Shown here: positions 62,887 through 64,000 of the stretch, one piece after another
Numbering within the stretch: the stretch's first letter is position 1
How the letters are laid out: every line of letters begins with the position of its first letter
Virus record (IMG/VR): IMGVR_UViG_3300030376_004602
Span: 1-64,000 of that record
Origin: a virus
Taxonomy: Duplodnaviria > Caudoviricetes
Length of the DNA: 64,000 bases
Reading direction: 5' to 3' (one strand)
The notes under the pieces: model-generated
Told to the model about the DNA's origin: nothing
Databases searched by the model: none
What the model saw: only the letters and a program-made list of their open reading frames with translations
Translations under genes and position numbers: made by a program

Positions 62887-63159
62887 TTAATCGTGGTCCC
62901 AGACCAAGTGATATTTTACACCGTTTAATAGGTGACTCCCATAGCTTGTACCTTCAGGCTTATCTCCACAATAGAATCTGAAGTTCCTAGCATTAGGATA
63001 GTTGTGGTCAAAAGACTTCATTGTCATAGGACAAGTCTGTGAATTTTTGACCTGGTTAAACATAGTGATCAGATAATCTTGATCACATTTCTCGAGGCTT
63101 GCGAATTTAAAGTTCTTACACATGCCTACAAATTTTCTCTCGAAGTATGTACCTTCCAT
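62887..63159 (-). CDS. hypothetical early protein (probable ATG 63159)
   Basis: ATG after an AT-rich leader; the track's GTG extension runs into the 63188 hairpin. Confidence 0.6.
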   Translation of the reverse strand: MEGTYFERKFVGMCKNFKFASLEKCDQDYLITMFNQVKNSQTCPMTMKSFDHNYPNARNFRFYCGDKPEGTSYGSHLLNGVKYHLVWDHD

Positions 63160-63187
63160 AATAAGAAAACTATATAAAAAAAGTAAC

Positions 63188-63210
63188 GTCCCCACTTGAT
63201 GGCAGGGGAC
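63188..63210. promoter_or_regulatory. conserved-loop hairpin, copy 1
   Basis: GTCCCC-ACTTGATGGCA-GGGGAC, intergenic. Confidence 0.55.
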
Positions 63211-63223
63211 TTCTCCATAACTA

Positions 63224-63700
63224 TTAAGCTGATGCCTTTTCTAAGAAAGGCTGTTCGACTTCCTGATCATATGGAATGCCTTCGATATCAAACAATACCT
63301 TTAGTACTGCTTGAAGTCTTATCCATTGTGATTTATGTATAGGCATATGCTCATCAAGTTCCGGCTCTATAGCACTCTCAAAAGCAAACTCAATGCGAGC
63401 AAGTTCTTTAACAGAGTAACCTGTTGCTGCTACTGCACATAACCCCATATTATATAAATCCAGCTCATACTGTAATTCCTCACAATCCGTCGGTTTATCA
63501 TAAAAGGTTTGATGAGGACCACCTATATCATCTCGCAAGTCAGTGCAAAATATATACCTCCAATCACTAGGTGCATTTGGATAACTTGAAGCTTCTACAA
63601 GATTCCCAACTGCACAAGCATCACAGTTCCCTGCTTTTAGTGTTTCTGTAAGGTATGCTCTTTGCAATACCTCAATACTTTTCTTTAGCCTACTATTCAT
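63224..63700 (-). CDS. hypothetical early protein with CxxC (probable ATG 63700)
   Basis: LKAGNCDACAVGNL; ATG after an AT-rich leader. Confidence 0.7.
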   Translation of the reverse strand: MNSRLKKSIEVLQRAYLTETLKAGNCDACAVGNLVEASSYPNAPSDWRYIFCTDLRDDIGGPHQTFYDKPTDCEELQYELDLYNMGLCAVAATGYSVKELARIEFAFESAIEPELDEHMPIHKSQWIRLQAVLKVLFDIEGIPYDQEVEQPFLEKASA

Positions 63701-63720
63701 AATGTAATAATATAAAATAC

Positions 63721-63743
63721 GAGGACACTTAGTGGTAGTCCTC
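63721..63743. promoter_or_regulatory. conserved-loop hairpin, copy 2
   Basis: GAGGAC-ACTTAGTGGTA-GTCCTC, intergenic. Confidence 0.55.
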
Positions 63744-63755
63744 CTCACCATTAGT

Positions 63756-63923
63756 TTAATCTTCAACTACACCAATAGTAATAAAGAACATAGGAGATTC
63801 CTCCCCATATTTTTCTTTTTCAGATGCAATTTTATTTACAGCTCCCTCCATTGTTTTATGGTAAGAGAGTATAGCAGAATCATCATCATAATGATACTGA
63901 CTATGGGCAATGTATAGTTCCAT
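63756..63923 (-). CDS. 55-aa hypothetical early protein (MELYIAHSQYHYDDD...), not in the ORF track
   Basis: Translated by hand; AT-rich leader. Confidence 0.6.
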   Translation of the reverse strand: MELYIAHSQYHYDDDSAILSYHKTMEGAVNKIASEKEKYGEESPMFFITIGVVED

Positions 63924-63941
63924 ATCTTTTATGTTTTAGTG

Positions 63942-64000
63942 TTAATTAAATCGTGCTAGATATCTATACATCCAGTCAATTCCAGCATCTCTACCCTCAT
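63942..64000 (-). CDS. 3' end of a CDS truncated by the window edge (...EGRDAGIDWMYRYLARFN*)
   Basis: Open frame ending at TAA 63944-63942. Confidence 0.45.
   Translation of the reverse strand, partial: EGRDAGIDWMYRYLARFN

Noticed and set aside
517-63917. Short opposite-strand or alternate-frame ORFs in the track (e.g. 517..765, 21025..21381, 31774..32226, 41766..42131, 49598..49963, 51655..52047, 61745..62233)
   Set aside because: They lie inside long genes with recognisable motifs, show shadow-frame composition (S/L/F-rich) and have no motifs of their own.
1-64000. Stop-codon reassignment (TAG=Gln or TGA=Trp) as in some crAss-like phages
   Set aside because: Genes of up to 15 kb are open under the standard code, coding density is near complete, and TAG and TGA both serve as real stops.
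1-64000. tRNA genes, CRISPR arrays, integrase or transposase
   Set aside because: No cloverleaf, repeat-spacer array or recombinase motif seen; intergenic gaps are mostly too short. A tRNAscan run was not possible.
57348-64000. Phage origin made of DnaA boxes near the DnaA-C gene
   Set aside because: No clustered TTATNCACA matches were noticed by eye.

Overview
64 kb fragment of a lytic Crassvirales-like (crAss-like) podophage genome, most likely infecting an aquatic Bacteroidota/Flavobacteriia host; standard genetic code. Plus strand 1-43536 carries late genes: endolysin amidase and spanin-like genes, structural/fibre proteins, ring proteins, an IHF-like protein, the muzzle (P22 gp10-like) protein, then the ejected cargo block of 1186, 937, 1014, 5145 and 1436 aa proteins. 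The 5145-aa protein is the virion RNA polymerase (RIPTQG and GSDFDIDK motifs). Minus strand 43533-64000 carries a short late unit (3-TM holin, LamG protein) and the replication/early block (UDG, PD-(D/E)xK nuclease, RusA-like, rIIB/rIIA, primase, SSB, AAA ATPase, DnaB-like and SF2 helicases, DnaA C-terminal HTH, PolA, MazG-like, small early ORFs). Capsid, portal and terminase genes are not in the window. Best leads: (1) a G_GGA_AAU slippery site with a downstream hairpin that would fuse the 1014-aa cargo protein, by -1 frameshift, to an otherwise ATG-less NlpC/P60 peptidoglycan hydrolase; (2) an apparently injected effector set - NADAR, zincin, GNAT-like and nucleotidyltransferase domains inside the vRNAP and two ADP-ribosyltransferase-like domains in a cargo protein, a possible ADP-ribose writer/eraser pair; (3) two 23-nt hairpins with different stems but a shared loop upstream of early genes. 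All domain calls come from motifs recognised by eye; no searches were run.
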